A stretch of DNA of 63,309 nucleotides, filler included, from Sphacelaria rigidula (Eukaryota), in NCBI GenBank assembly GCA_964200075.2. It is 7 parts of 7 records of this genome, joined end to end, with 100 filler letters (N's around TTAATTAATTAA, not from the genome) between each part and the next. Parts side by side here need not be neighbours in the genome. Positions count along the whole stretch, not along the records: positions 45,294 to 54,251 come from CAXNAA020009655.1; positions 54,352 to 63,309 come from CAXNAA020009656.1; 5 more parts are not named here. One strand, 5' to 3'. Shown in pieces: positions 48,369 through 61,710 of the stretch (the first letter of the stretch is position 1; each line of letters starts with the position of its first letter). A model generated the notes under the pieces. That model did not search any database and was not told where the DNA came from. It saw only the letters and a list, made by a program, of their open reading frames with translations. The position numbers were made by a program, and so were the translations under genes.

Positions 48369-51300
48369 TGAATGTCCATCCCGGCATTCGCGAGTTACTC
48401 GCACACTTTTTCTTCACACTTGCACATGGGGCACATGCACCGCCAAAAACGTAAACTGCTGTATCTCCCTCGCTCAAGGATTTTTGGTGGGCCTTGGATC
48501 GGCGTTGAGGTTGTAGGGGTAGCGTCGGGATGTGACAACAACAATCTCCAACCATGAATATGTGAAGCCGGGTTGGGGAAACCCACCTTGACAAAAAAAA
48601 GTGGCGACGCGTCGGCGAGGCGCCGAATTCGGGGCTCCTCGTCATGCAGCCCCGAAAAAAATCGGATCTTTGAGGACCGCTAGCCGCTGAAATCATGCTG
48701 GGGTTTTTGGTCACCAACTCCATGCAAGTGCAAGGCGAGTCTGGCGCCTCCAGTAGTGTTTAATTGGTCGAGTGTAACTTTCCCCGGGATTTCATTACTT
48801 GATTTCAGTGTGAACGCAGATAGTCTGATCTTCAGTGCATCTAGCAGCCCCAAATGCTCCTAGCGTGCACAGAACGCGTTTTCAATCCGATCACACCTCA
48901 TCTGACGCATGCAAGAACTGGGCATTCTTCCTGGCAGCGGGTTAGGTGTTGATGGCACGTACTAGTACGAGTATCGACAGTGAAAAATGAACCACTCCGC
49001 ATTTGTGATTTCCGATAGCAGTGCCGCCGCGCCCCGGTGGTTCGGGTCATCCGCCAACAACCAGCTAGAGGGCGATACGCTACAGACGCGAATCCCGACA
49101 AATATGGTGTGTCGGAGAAGAGTCTGCTTCAGGTTGTGAGAACGCGAGGGCGTGGGTGGGGGAGATAAATTTCGGCGAGCGTTGACGGGGTACGGGAGTG
49201 CCAGTAGTCATGATCCAACTCTTGACTACAAAATGTCAAGCGAATACCGCGGAAGATATGGGTTAGTCCCTCGAGACGGTCGACTCGTACAGAGGAAGGG
49301 GAGGGGCTTATAGGTACTGTATGACGCGATATACATTAAAAAGGAGTACTCGGAGATCATTCACAGCAATACACGTGGGTCTGTGTCGCTAAGCAGTCTC
49401 GACTGTTGGTTGTCCGGTGGTGTCTTGAGTCATCGGATCCTTTTGCTCTGTGCAACTACGTACGTACTGGGGTTCTTCTGCATTGGGGGAGCTATTCGGG
49501 TGAGCTCTTTGTAGTGTAGCTCGTCGGGTGCATCAGTAGCCTACTACTTCCTGCGACGTCCGTCTGGGAGGAGGGTGCGTGGGCTACACCGACACAGCAA
49601 CATTCTCCTGCATGGCATAATTTTTTTCGTTTGTTTTGTGGTCTTTCGATGATATATTAAATTGTAGATTGTTTCAATAGCTGTGGTAGTATCATGTCAG
49701 CTTCTGCAAATGATACTTGTCGAATACCTTCACCATGTGAGTGAGGTCCTCGTCTAGCGCGATTACCCCCACACGCGCAGTAAATGAAGTACAGAGGTAA
49801 TCATTAAGTCATTCAATTTGAATGAAAAATAAATCCCGACCAGAGTGGTTCCACCACTGGGGTTACCGCCCCACACATCATTTTTTGTCAAAAGAGACAA
49901 ACCAAGTGGTTTATAGAAGTAGCACTGGTCACAAAACAACATAGTTGTCCACGAGTACCGCTGGTCATGCTGACCATAAGCGACTATTCCGTCATTTGCC
50001 AACTTCGTGAGAACTCAGCGAGCAACTTCAAAGTTTTTCTCCCAACTATGCTCCTTACAAACGCCTGAGCAAACAGTGATGCAAAATATGACCGCCACCG
50101 TGATGCGTTTCCAAGTGTTGAACTAAGCCTCGAAAGCTGCTCGTTGTTGCAACACAATCACAAATCGGGATCTAAGCTAAGGTGTATCGCCCACTACCGA
50201 GTATTATAGTTCGCAAAATAATTAGTGGTTAGCCTCGCAAATTGCTCGCCTCTCTTTCTCCACAATTTATAGCACAGTTGCTGTGCATCGCACATGCGTC
50301 TCTGCGATCACGCATCGTATCACATAGTTGATGTATTCGACACCTTCTACGATAGCTCCCCACCGAAGTGAGCCCAACCGTGTCACGAAAAAAATGGTCA
50401 TTCAGCGCCTGATATTTGGGTTCAGGCTACATGAAGCGCCTCATATAGGCGACATTAGCGAGAGCGAACCCAACCGTGGGAATTCCCACTCGTCGTGCTC
50501 GGCTTCTCCCATTTCAATCTACACGAAGATTTTGCCTCCCTAAACTAGGCACCTTTTTTTTTGGGGGGGGGGGGGGGGGGCGCATCTTAAAAAATTCCAC
50601 ACCTTGGGTTTCTCCAAATAAAAATTGGGGGGGGGNNNNNNNNNNGTCTCCACCAAGTGCAATCCAGAGGAGTGGTGGGCCCGCCTGAGCTGCGGTTGTT
50701 TGTTTTGGGGGGGGGGGGGGGTGGAGCTATCGTAAAAAGTGTCACACCTGTGCTTCTCACAAATACAACTGTGGGGAGGGCAACAAGATTCAGCACTCTC
50801 AGCACTTGTCCATAAAGAGCCAACCAGCACCCAGAGTGGTGTGTTATGTTGTACACCCCCAACACCTCCTGCGTCAGACTGTAAAAGCAAAAAAGGGCTG
50901 AGGCAATGGAAAACAGGGTTGCTTGCTCCCATTTCAGGATCAATCTTGATTCAACCTCCCCCCCTCTGCCCGCTCCATGTTTCACGTTTCTCATGCACAT
51001 TTCATATATCCTCCCCTTTTTAAAAACAAGACATTAAAAAAATCCCAACCCGTTCAACCCTTTGTTCCTATTGTACTAACAAGTTACGTGCACATGTTGT
51101 CCGACAACCAACCAGAAACAACCCAACCCACACACACAAGCTATTGTTTAGAAGTACGTGATATTATTAGTATTCCAAAAACTACTGACAGTGGTTTCCT
51201 TACTTTTGAATTTGAAGACCCTTTTCCCCAACTATTCGGAAGCGTGCATGACTTTTGATCTCGTTGCGTTGTCTGTTTCGATCTAGATTTGAAAAGTGAG

Positions 51301-52657
51301 CGCCACGTGATGTCAGCACTTCGTTCCAGTTTGGTTCCGAATTCTGATGGTTGAATGTGAACTTTTGATTTCAATATAGTGTAGATTATCACATTCGGAA
51401 ATCTAGGTGGATAACAGTCCCGGGGGCTCGCCCGGCGTGCGCGCAGCGTTCGTAGTACGCATTTTGGCTTAGATCGGCGCAAAAAACAGAGCACACTCTG
51501 CCACGTGCACCTCCCTTGCCGGAGGTTTTGGATCTGCCTTGGTTTAGGGCTCCTGTTGTGGGTAGCGTTACGGGAAGAAAATGTGTTCAACCATTGAAAT
51601 TCGAGGCTGAAGTGAGACGAACTCGCCTTACCCTACTAGTAGCGGTCGAAAGGTCGAGGACGGGCCTAGACGGGCAGAGCAAGCTTTCGGAGGGACATGC
51701 CTTGAGACTATACTGCTGCCACTACAGCGTGCGTTGTTTCAAGCTCAGCAGTCAATTATCGGCTTTTGTAAGGCGACCCAGGGAATCCGCCTTCGGATAT
51801 CCATGCACCTCCAGTGTGTTGACCACTACGATACAGTACGACAGCAGTTGTGATCAAACTGTTTCGTCAACGTTTCCTTCACCAAAACCGAAGTACGCAC
51901 AACAGTTGTTGGCCAATTGTATACCATATAATTCAAAACAAGGGACTTTGGCGGAGGTTGCAGAGACACTCTTGACCCTCTTGGCAGTGGTTGCAGGCGA
52001 TACGCACCATTTCACCCGTGGGGCATACGGGATTCGACCACGCGAACAGCTGCACGAATACCCTTAGAAGCAGGTTGGATGATGCAGGGTGACGGGCTGT
52101 ATTATCTTGACTATACTGGGGCCCAAATGCTGATGCTACCGACACTGAACACGCTCAATCGAAGACGGACAGACCAAACAATGAAAATTATGGCGAACAA
52201 AACTACGCGAAGATCAAGGCATAGACAGATCCTTTTATCTGTGGGGGTGAGAGGAGACGGGGGGGTGAGTCCAGTGTCCGTGGCTGAGCTACTTCCTTGT
52301 CTGCTTCGGAGCCTATGCCTTCCCGGCGACTGGGGATCCAACGCACACCGTACATGAGATGAACTTGCGAGGGTTTGACCGGGAAACAAGGAGGAAGTGT
52401 ACACCGACAGCTCCCAACACTAAACTCATAGATTAATGATCTTACCTGATGAAGTCCGTGGATTCCTCACTGGATTCCTCGGTATTGAGGCCTTTTTGCC
52501 TTGTAATCGGCCCCGACCCCAGTCGGCGTGTGTTCTGTCCTGCCCAGCCAGAGATGAGAATAACAACAACTATTGTCTTTTTCCAATGTTCTCGATTTGT
52601 TTTGTCATTTTCTTTATTCACTCGGATTTAGAGAACGAGTATATGCTGGTATGAGCA

Positions 52658-52897
52658 GAGTCCGAGGGTAGTTTTGTTTTCTCTCGGTTTTCTTGCGTTT
52701 TCTTCTGCACTTCTTTCGGCAGAAAATGACTGCGACTTTACACCATTTGATTCTATACAGTCGACGTATATACTGGTAGAATGGAGTCGTTGCCCTGTGT
52801 GTATTTTCTCGAATTTAGAGTAGTTCGAGAGGGTAGTTTTGTTTCTCTCTGTTTTCTCGACGTTTTCTTTTGCATTTCTTTCGGCAGAAAATGACTT
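52658..52897. repeat. Local direct duplication (about 70-bp blocks, about 166-bp period)
   Basis: gagggtagttttgttt...tctttcggcagaaaatgact occurs twice. Confidence 0.85.
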
Positions 52898-53115
52898 CAA
52901 TTTTATATAATTTAATTCAACACAGCCAATGTAAAGATTGGTAGGATGGAGCCATCATTGTCCTGTGTAGACCCGTAGTCCCCACCGCAATCGCCACCCG
53001 CGGGTGGAGCGTAGGAGGTACTACATAGACACAATCCGGGCACAAACCTAGGGCGACGAAAAAAGACCTGGCCCTCTTACAAAAAGCTTGCTCATTCGTC
53101 CAGCTGGGGAAGAGG

Positions 53116-53374
53116 ATGGCAACACCAGCAGTAGCCAAGGGATACCGAGTGGTGCCACAGCGCATATGGCCCACAGCTGTCCCTGGTCTCTCTGGTAGTG
53201 GCGGAGGCGATGGTGGCAGTGGCGATAATCTCAATGATGGGGATGTAGCGTATCGCTTCTTGCATCTGAAAGAGCACAGAGGCTTGTTCAGAGCTACTGC
53301 AGAGGGCGATGCGAAGGTTGGCAAGGAGTTCAGCAAGGGCACGACGCTTTTCGTGGGCAATGTCGACGACCAAG
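53116..53374 (+). CDS. RRP7: Exon 1 of ribosomal RNA processing protein 7
   Basis: MATPAVAKGYRVVP...YRFLHLKEH...TTLFVGNVDDQ G|gtattt; matches the Rrp7 N-terminal pattern GYxxxP...YLYxxxH...TLFVxNV. Confidence 0.75.
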
Positions 53375-54251
53375 GTATTTTACATGTACCACATGCAATG
53401 CACTGTTCGTTGTAGAGCACAGACGACAGAGGAATTCTGACGGCACTGCTGGATAGACGGGCTAAATCAATACGGCACCTCCGTTGTTCCGGTGGTATGG
53501 ACAGCAATAGTACGGAACACCTGGACCTTGTGAAACTCATGCGTCTTTTTACGTACGACAAAACTCAGCCTCCAGTTCCAGATGTAGTTTAGAGACCATT
53601 AGTTTGTCAAATGCACCGCGCACTGACTGTCGTATCGTACTGGCAGTTTGGATTGAAACCCGACAATGGTGCGGAGGTGTTCGGCAGTGTCAGGTAGCGG
53701 GGGTGAAGGAGCCATCCACACATATTTTTATGTACCCCTATCCACGATCCGGCCTCGGTATGCTTTGACCCCCACATACCCCTGTGCACTGTGAAACAAG
53801 TTTGATTCGGAAGCGCATGCTACAGATGGCGCGTGCGTCGCCTCAGTTTGTACCAAAACGCGCCCACACCTCATGAGCTATGTACGGCCGGTGCACCTGC
53901 CTGGACACTTTGAGTGTACATTGAGAGAACGCATTTCACACTACGAGTATCGTACTCTCAGAGATAATTCTGGCCTCGGCTCCAAATTGCTCACGAGAAC
54001 AGAAGTGTGACCCGGCCGTACAGACGAGTAGGTTCACGCGGACACAACATAAACCGTTTTAGGGCCCCGCGGCGTGCTGCGGCTACTGACAGTTCCGTAG
54101 AGGATGACAGCACTGTAGACGAGAAAGGCCCTGGCAGGACGCTCGGACGCTGTGAGGCCTTCCCGTACTCAGTCGACCAGTAGAATCGAAGCAGTCTTAA
54201 CTTGCTATTGCCATTCTCCAAAGAACTGTCGGGACTCGAATTGCATGTGGC

Positions 54252-54351
54252 NNNNNNNNNNNNNNNNNNNNNNNNNNNNNNNNNNNNNNNNNNNNTTAAT
54301 TAATTAANNNNNNNNNNNNNNNNNNNNNNNNNNNNNNNNNNNNNNNNNNNN
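54252..54351. other. Artificial contig spacer
   Basis: Same 100-bp linker. Confidence 0.98.
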
Positions 54352-54359
54352 CATTCCCC

Positions 54360-55300
54360 CAGTATTTACCGGTGTATCCCATACCGTGGTATGCGTAGGT
54401 ATCGTAGGTATGAGTTTTGAAAATACCGGATTGGGCGGGTACGGTAGGTATTGAAATCTTGAAATACCCTGGTATCGTAGGTATCGCAGGTATGACAGTT
54501 CAAAGTACCGGATTGGGCGCGTACGGTAGGTATTAAAATCTCGAAATACCCTGGTATCCTAGGTATCGTAGGTATGAGTTTCGAAAATACCGGACTCGGC
54601 GGGTATGGTAGGTATTGAAATCTCGAAATACCCTGGTATCGCATGTATCGTAGGTATGACATTTCAAAATACCGGATTGGACCGGTATCGGCAGGGTATG
54701 AAATGTCCCAAATACCGGTACCGGGTACCTACTTTACCTACCGTGCCTGTGGAACCTATATCAATACCCTCCCAAGGTATATACCTGTGCTTATACCTGC
54801 AATCGGGTATATGTTCAACGGTGTACCCTGATCCCCGGTAGGGGTATGGGAGGCTTACAGAGCTCCAAGATCTGTCGGGTATCCGTACTGCATGAAAGTC
54901 TTACAGAAATTACAGAATTCGTCGCGTACAGTCTAGGAGGGTTACCGAAAACCGTACCGCCTATCAGGTATTTCTTTAGGAGCATACCCGCGCTCCGGCT
55001 ACGGATAAACGTTCTGTACAGAACTCACAGAACTGTCCGGTGAGGGTATAAGAGGCTTACAGAACTCACAGAAACTGTCGGGAAGGGTGTAGAGGTTGCA
55101 CAGAAGACCGTACCCGCAACAGGTATCTTATCAAGAGCATGCCCGTGCCCCCCTGTAAGGATACGGAAGGCTTACAGAACTCACAGGACTATCGGGTAAG
55201 GGTATGAAAGTCTTTCATATATGAGAGAACTGTCGGGTACGGTAAATGCCCGGGAAAATACCCCTGGTACACAGAAACCGTACCCTACAGAACACAGCCT
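54360..55300. repeat. Minisatellite-like array: 82-bp units, then CTTACAGAACTCACAGAACTGTC-type units
   Basis: ACCGGA recurs at 54425, 54507, 54589 and 54671 (exact 82-bp period); a second motif family spans about 54850-55290; probably transposon subterminal repeats. Confidence 0.85.
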
Positions 55301-56930
55301 CGAATTTTTCCACTACGAGTGATGACTCGAGTACTCGCCCTCTTAATTAATGTACAACGAGCAATGACTCGGGTACTCGCCCGCTTAATATATCCACAAC
55401 AGCGAATACTCGAGTGCTCGAGGACCTCCAAAAACATCCAACGAGCAGCTCAACGAGCGCGAGTGCCACGGGCCATACTCGTGGTCGTCCAGCGTATGCG
55501 TAGTTGTTCTTCACATGAGCTCCATACATGATGGGCTACCCCGCACGCACCCTTTTGGCCCGGTTCCTTCAGTGTGGCCGCCACCCATCGGTGCTGCATT
55601 GTGCACACAATGCAGCAAAAAAATCAACACTATCCATACCACCCGGCGCGGGAAACTGTGGCCTTTCCAGACAGAAATTCGCACCGACAATCCCGCCGTG
55701 AACACAGATTTTCACGAGTGCTGCGTGCTGGGTCCGTACTGCTTCATCTGGGGATCGTCGCTTGTGTGAACTGAAAGTAATTCGCGGCAGATCAGCTAGA
55801 TCATTGTACAATGATTATTCTATGCGGGCATCAAGGTATATTAGTGTGCGTTCAGCTGCGTTCAGGACTGGCACTCTCATAAATGGAGTATGAATTTGGT
55901 GGTCAAGTATCGCAGTTAGTATTGTCATGTAGATTTCCGGTCTCCAAGGAGGGTGGAGCAGGAAGTTGGTAAAGTGCTCTCCTGCGACGTTTTACAAGCC
56001 TGTGGACTGCTTTGGATCCGTTGTTGCCTTAGACGGCGATACGCCATTGTTGTTGTCGAGGCACTGTACAGCAGTATATTGTGCTGCTTGCCCTGCCCTG
56101 CCAAAAGTTCCCCTTCATCTTTGAAAGGGGGTTGAACACCCGCAATCTCCCCTCTGGATCGTGGCGACTTGCTCTGGAGTCTTTTGAGGTGGCGATGCCT
56201 TACCCTGAGCTCGTTTTGAGGCCCAAGCCCATTGCTGCAGAGGAGAAAGGTCTTAACTACAAGTGAGTTCATTGGTGAAGCAGAAATACCGGGTTTGCCG
56301 TAATCTGCGAGTTGCTTTGGTTGAATCGGAATCAAAGCTCAAGACTCTCCTCGTGGCGCCTAGCGGCTTATTTTTCAAATTTCATGACCCCCAAAACACT
56401 TGAATTACTACTGCTGTCTGTTGTACATACTGTGTGTACACCGACCTTACAGCAGGAGTGTTGTTGTTCCTTTTCCATATTATGGAGGCGGTGTTTTGGA
56501 AGCGTAGGCGTGAAGAGAATCCGCACCTCGCTTGAGATGACTCCGAAACTTGGAGAATGTGTAGATTTGTACAGGAGGAAAGTGTCACAGTCACAGCTGC
56601 AGCGGCGGAAGTCGTTGAGGGCTCGGTCTGCATTGAAACGGTGGATATCACCGACGTGTCGGATTTTCTTTTTTCTACACCTGCTGTCTGATGACTGTAC
56701 AGTGGGTATGGTGTGTGTCGGTCGCGCACGCAGCAACGGATCCTACCGACCTCATCATAAATCTTCGCCCAGTTGTGGATGAACGCTCGAAGAAACCTAG
56801 CAAAAAAGCATCGTTCAGGCCCCGTTTTATATCTGAGGGTCGGGAGCAGAACGCTCCCGCTCCGAAAAGCGCGACGGTGAGTGTTTAACCTTCCCTCCCG
56901 TCCCCGGGCCAGACGCCTCATTATATCAAG

Positions 56931-57377
56931 TTATGAGGTCGGGTTATGGCAAACAGATTTTTGGCCCACGGGTTGCTCACTTTTGGGACGTTCGACCCAC
57001 CCTTTGACCCCCAAACCAAGAAAACCGCCAACACACGTCTGGGACACTTGGCATCACCCCACACAGAGGAGCCTAGTCCGCTTTTCAGATTCCCTCGACT
57101 CCGAGGTTTCGAGATTGGCCGCTGAACAAAAATCCGTGAGCAAGAATCTGTGCTTGCCGACCCCCGCCAGTTTGGGTTTGTTCAGTGGCCAATCTCGAAA
57201 CCTCGGAGTCAAGGGAATCTGAAAAGCAGACTAGACTCCTCTGTGTGGGGTGATGCAACGTGTCCGAGACGTGTGTTGGCGGTTTTCTTGGTTTGAGGGT
57301 CAAAAGGTGGGTCGAACGTCCCAAAAGTGAGCAATCTGTGGGCCAAAATCTGTTCGCCATAACATCCGGCCTGATAA
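56931..57377. mobile_element. Foldback MITE (about 195-bp arms, about 46-bp loop)
   Basis: gttatggcaaacagatttttggccc...gctgaacaaa is mirrored by tttgttcagtgg...ggccaaaatctgttcgccataac. Confidence 0.9.
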
Positions 57378-57704
57378 ACTAGAAAAGATGGAAACAGAAA
57401 AGACCGACGGCAACAATTTTTACTGTGGAATACCAAAGAAGACTCCAGAAGCATACGTCATGGATGTACCGAAAATGAAACCCCGGAGCGGTCAGGTTGG
57501 GTTTGTCCAATGATGTCATGCGACGGACAAAGTGTGTCCAATTAATCGTATGCGCGAACAAACTCCCGCAAAATAGTACAAACTCTCATATGTGTGATTT
57601 TTGTCAGTGGGAATCTGTGAAATATATAGTCAGCATCAGAAGTTTTCAGAATTCGTAGTTGTTGTCGTTCTTGATTTTTTCTTGAGTACTTTTCTTCATC
57701 ACTA

Positions 57705-58215
57705 CTGGAAAGTGCTAGCGCCGGTAGATTTAGGGAGAAAGCGTAGGCCGCGCTCAAACTGCAGTGCCCAAGTTGGTGTTTTTGGGGCGATACGCACTAG
57801 ATACCCAGTTTATCAGGAGGGTGTTATTGAACGTTTTTGGTCCAATAACAACAGTTTTCCGGCTCTTCCGCAACACAACGGTAAGTATTCAGATAAATGA
57901 ATACGTCTACAACTCTTCACGATAACGATCGAAATCGTGTTTCCCTCCTATACTGCACAGACCTCGGTCTAGCATTTTCTGCGTATGGCCTCTTTTCGTT
58001 TTTGTTTCGCATAACATTTTCCATGAGCACTCGAAAGTGCTAGCGTCGACAGTTTTGGCAAAATAAGCAGACCGTGCTCAACTCACAAGGCCCAATTTGG
58101 TGTTGTGGGGGCGATACGGACTAGATACCCCGTTTTCCAGGAGGGTGTGATTGACCGTGAATGATCCAAGAAACATTGTTTTCTGGCTTTAGTGCAGTGA
58201 ATAGGTGGAATTTTA
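57705..58215 (+). repeat. Two tandem copies of a dispersed repeat module
   Basis: gcgatacg...ataccc.gttt..caggagggtgt.attga at about 57787 and 58110; also at about 6620 and 27330. Confidence 0.75.
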
Positions 58216-59808
58216 ACAAAAATAATCATTTTTGAGTCTTCACTTACATGACCGGGATCGAGTCGATCCACCGCAAACATCGAAAAGCTAGAACCTGGGG
58301 TTGCACTTTCGCAGGACCCCCAAAGACTGGTCAAGCCCGTAAGTCATTCAATTTTGATCGCAGATATATTTTTTTTCGATATTTGTCAAGAGGATCAAAA
58401 CACCCTCGTATGCCCATTTTTTGGCATCCAACAGTCACTGTGATGAGCGGTGGCAAGGGGAACAAATTTGGAAATTTTTTGGGAAACTGAGAAATGACGA
58501 ATCCTGTATACTTCTGACGCTGACTACTGTACCTCAATTCGAGTTCGGTGCGCGTATATGTCACATCAGTATACTTCAAATTAGAGTGGTGTACCATTTT
58601 GGTGGGCTGCATCGTCAAGATTTGGCGAGCGTGGGAAGCCACACTATACGGCGACAATGATATGGCGGAGCAAGTGGAAATCCCGTCGCTACATGTGGAA
58701 GTGCTGAAGAGCGGCCCATATGCAATTCACGTTCAGCTGGAATAAGTGGCTGAGAAGCACGGCCAGGACGCTGCCAGGCGTTTCGCTGAAAAAGCTGCAA
58801 GAGCGATGGAGGCAGCGCATTTCCCCCCGGCGCACACCGACCCCCCCGCTCGCTTATCGAACGTCAGCACAGTAACCGCAGCAATAGACAACGCTGCGAG
58901 GCACACAGGATTATGCGGAAGACATCAGGCGGGCGTGATTGCCAGCGTCCAGACGGGCGACATACTGGCGAACGATCGACAACCGACCGAGGCAGCCTTT
59001 CGCAACCAACCTAACCCAACTACAACTACAACTACAGTCAGTAAACACACTTCACTACAGTCCAGCATAACTGAATGACGATGTTACGGCGTTCCATGCG
59101 AAAAAACACAAGATGTGTCCTATCATTGCATGAAACCCCAACGCCGCCCACGAGGACAGATGGTCCGAACGCGATAGCGCAAACCGGAGTAATACACCTC
59201 ACGCAGCACAAAGTGGGGCTACGCAAACGTTTAGGCATGATCAACCCGCATCATAGGGGTGGGGTCGTGGAAACGTACCGCACACAGCGCAGGACGAGAT
59301 ACCCGGTAAGATCACAGCCTACGAAGTGACAGCCTGTATCGGATATGCTGAAGTAACAGCCCCCGCCTACGCTGCACCAGGAGCACGTACGAGCTGGGCC
59401 AGCCTAGAAACGGATTTAAGCTCTAAAAGCAACATCTCATTGNNNNNNNNAATTCCTATACCTAAGGGAGATAGCGCCAATACTAGAATCTTTATGAAAC
59501 TCCCGATCGATGCATTTAGCGTATGGCGACGAATTTTGGTGTGGAGAACCACAAAAGAGTTCCGAATAAAAAAACTAAATGGGCCTTCTTCTTCTTTTTT
59601 AATAGAGGTTAGGGCGTTTTCGTGAAAAAATGGTCTTCACCATAGTAGAACGCCCTAAACCAGTGAAAAAAATGAAGAAAATCAGCCTGACTTACTCTTT
59701 TCTGTTGAATATGCCTTAGAGAGCGCCCATACCAAATTGCAATACACGAAAACCAAACGTGGGCCGGTGAGTGGCCTGCGAAATACTGTTCCGAATTTCT
59801 ACCGACCC

Positions 59809-60101
59809 GGTTTTTGATGGACCCATGCTCTTTTATACATTTAGAGCTGGACCCTGAAACTTGGTATGGACAGTGCATAGGGCATAAAAAAACAAATTAC
59901 TTCGGTACCAAAAGTGTTTTTTTTTCATGAGTTGAGGGGCAATAATCGGTTTTCAGGTACCAGTAAAATGCCCCTAACTCATGAAGAAAAAACAAAAATA
60001 TTCTGGTACCGAAGCTTTTTTTTTTCTATGCCGTATGCATTGTCCATACCAAGTTTAAGGGCCCAACTCTGGATGTATAAAAGAGCATGGGCCTGCAAAC
60101 C
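59809..60101. mobile_element. Foldback/MITE hairpin (about 130-bp arms)
   Basis: cccatgctcttttatacat...aaacttggtatggaca is mirrored by tgtccataccaagttt...atgtataaaagagcatggg. Confidence 0.8.
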
Positions 60102-61710
60102 TTAAATCTGCCTCTAGGCTGGCCCAGCTCGTATAACGGCGGGGTACATGGTATCCTCTTCGCCGTTTTGGAATGATCAAACCGCAGTGTGGTGCCGTAT
60201 AAACGCGCACGACGGAGTACAGTACCGTGCATGTCGTGAGTTTACTCTAACCTTAATGCGGACTTGGGATCGTTGACCAATAGGAAAGCCCGAGCCCAAG
60301 ACCCAAATTTGGTCCTCACATCACCAAATTCGGTGGTCTTTAAAACTTAGTTGTTGAACCGAAATCGGGTGACATTTCGATCTTACTCTGGACTTCAAGA
60401 CCGGACGCGATTTTGGTCTCCGCAAACACCCTACTATTGCGCACGTCCCAGTAGGCAATAGATTCCATACTGTGCACAGTGCACTATGTACCGTTGTATA
60501 CTGACTGTAAAAAGCTCTTGTCCAGGGTGTAGTACATCTCCACAAATGTTGGGCGGTGAGATCGTAAAATAATCCACAACACACGGCCGATGTGGAAGTG
60601 GGGCATTCGCCGAAATACGTGGAAACCCTGTGCGGCCGTACTCTAACTCGATACCACTAGGAGAACACCACTACAAAGACCACTCCGGCTGCCAGACTGT
60701 TTGCACGCGCGTTCCAGTAGTGGTGCGACTGTCAGTTCGGGGACGTTGCCTCCTTGCCGGGTACGCCGGTAAGGATCCGTGGCACAACCTTTTGGAACCG
60801 TTGATGAAAAATTGACGATTTACATTTGACGTTTTTTCGAGCAAGAAATGATTGTTTTTCTACAGTCTTCGAGGAAACAATTCGCCCAAAGCGTGTTTTC
60901 AGACCCGTGCGAATGGAACGTGGGAAAAAGTTTCCAGAACCCTGCGAAGGTTCTCGATTATACGGGTACGACGAATTGATCGACCCGTCGGTGTTTTCTA
61001 ACCCCCGCCAAAGTGCATGGCTAACCTTTCGTAAAGCAATCTTCACGCCGCACCTGCAGTAGATGCTTCGTGCCGCATCATCGCAAGCCTGCGCCGAAGT
61101 TGCAATAACAAAGGCGACGCCGACGGCACATTTACCTCGGTTATGCCCCCCTCTACTGTCTGTATTCGGAGACAGTCACCGTCAGACCCTGTGGGGATGT
61201 GTTCACCTACTCCTCTATACTGCGTGTGATATGATATTTTCAGCTTATTTCAAGGATTACTCTGGTTTTGGGGGCGTACTTGCCCCCAAAGTCCGCAGCT
61301 CAAAGACCATTCTGGTCTTCCCTCGGTTTGGTCTTTTAGATACACATGCTATTGGCCGAAAGGCCCGAAGGGTTTTCCGTTTCCCCGGCACATACCACAC
61401 CAGCTCCATCATCGCGCGTAGGGCGCACACCAGGCCACACGCTGAGAACGGTTGGTGTGACAGTGGTGTTCTCTTGGAGTCAGCACAGCAGCATACATTA
61501 TGCGCAAAGAACGAGTGTTGAGCACAACTTGATACAGACAGCGAGTAGCTCGAAGAACATGAAACAAACGCGACGTGCATACGGCTTGCACGAAAGCTCA
61601 GAGCACGGGGAGGGAGCAAGCATGTGATACAGCAGGAGACGTTTTTTACTCACCTCCCACAGATGAGGGTAACTCAAGGTGAATTGCAAGATTTTTGTGA
61701 GACGCACGAT

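Noticed and set aside
54360-54700. CRISPR-like array
   Set aside because: Units are similar over their full length, there are no unique spacers or cas genes, and the context is eukaryotic.
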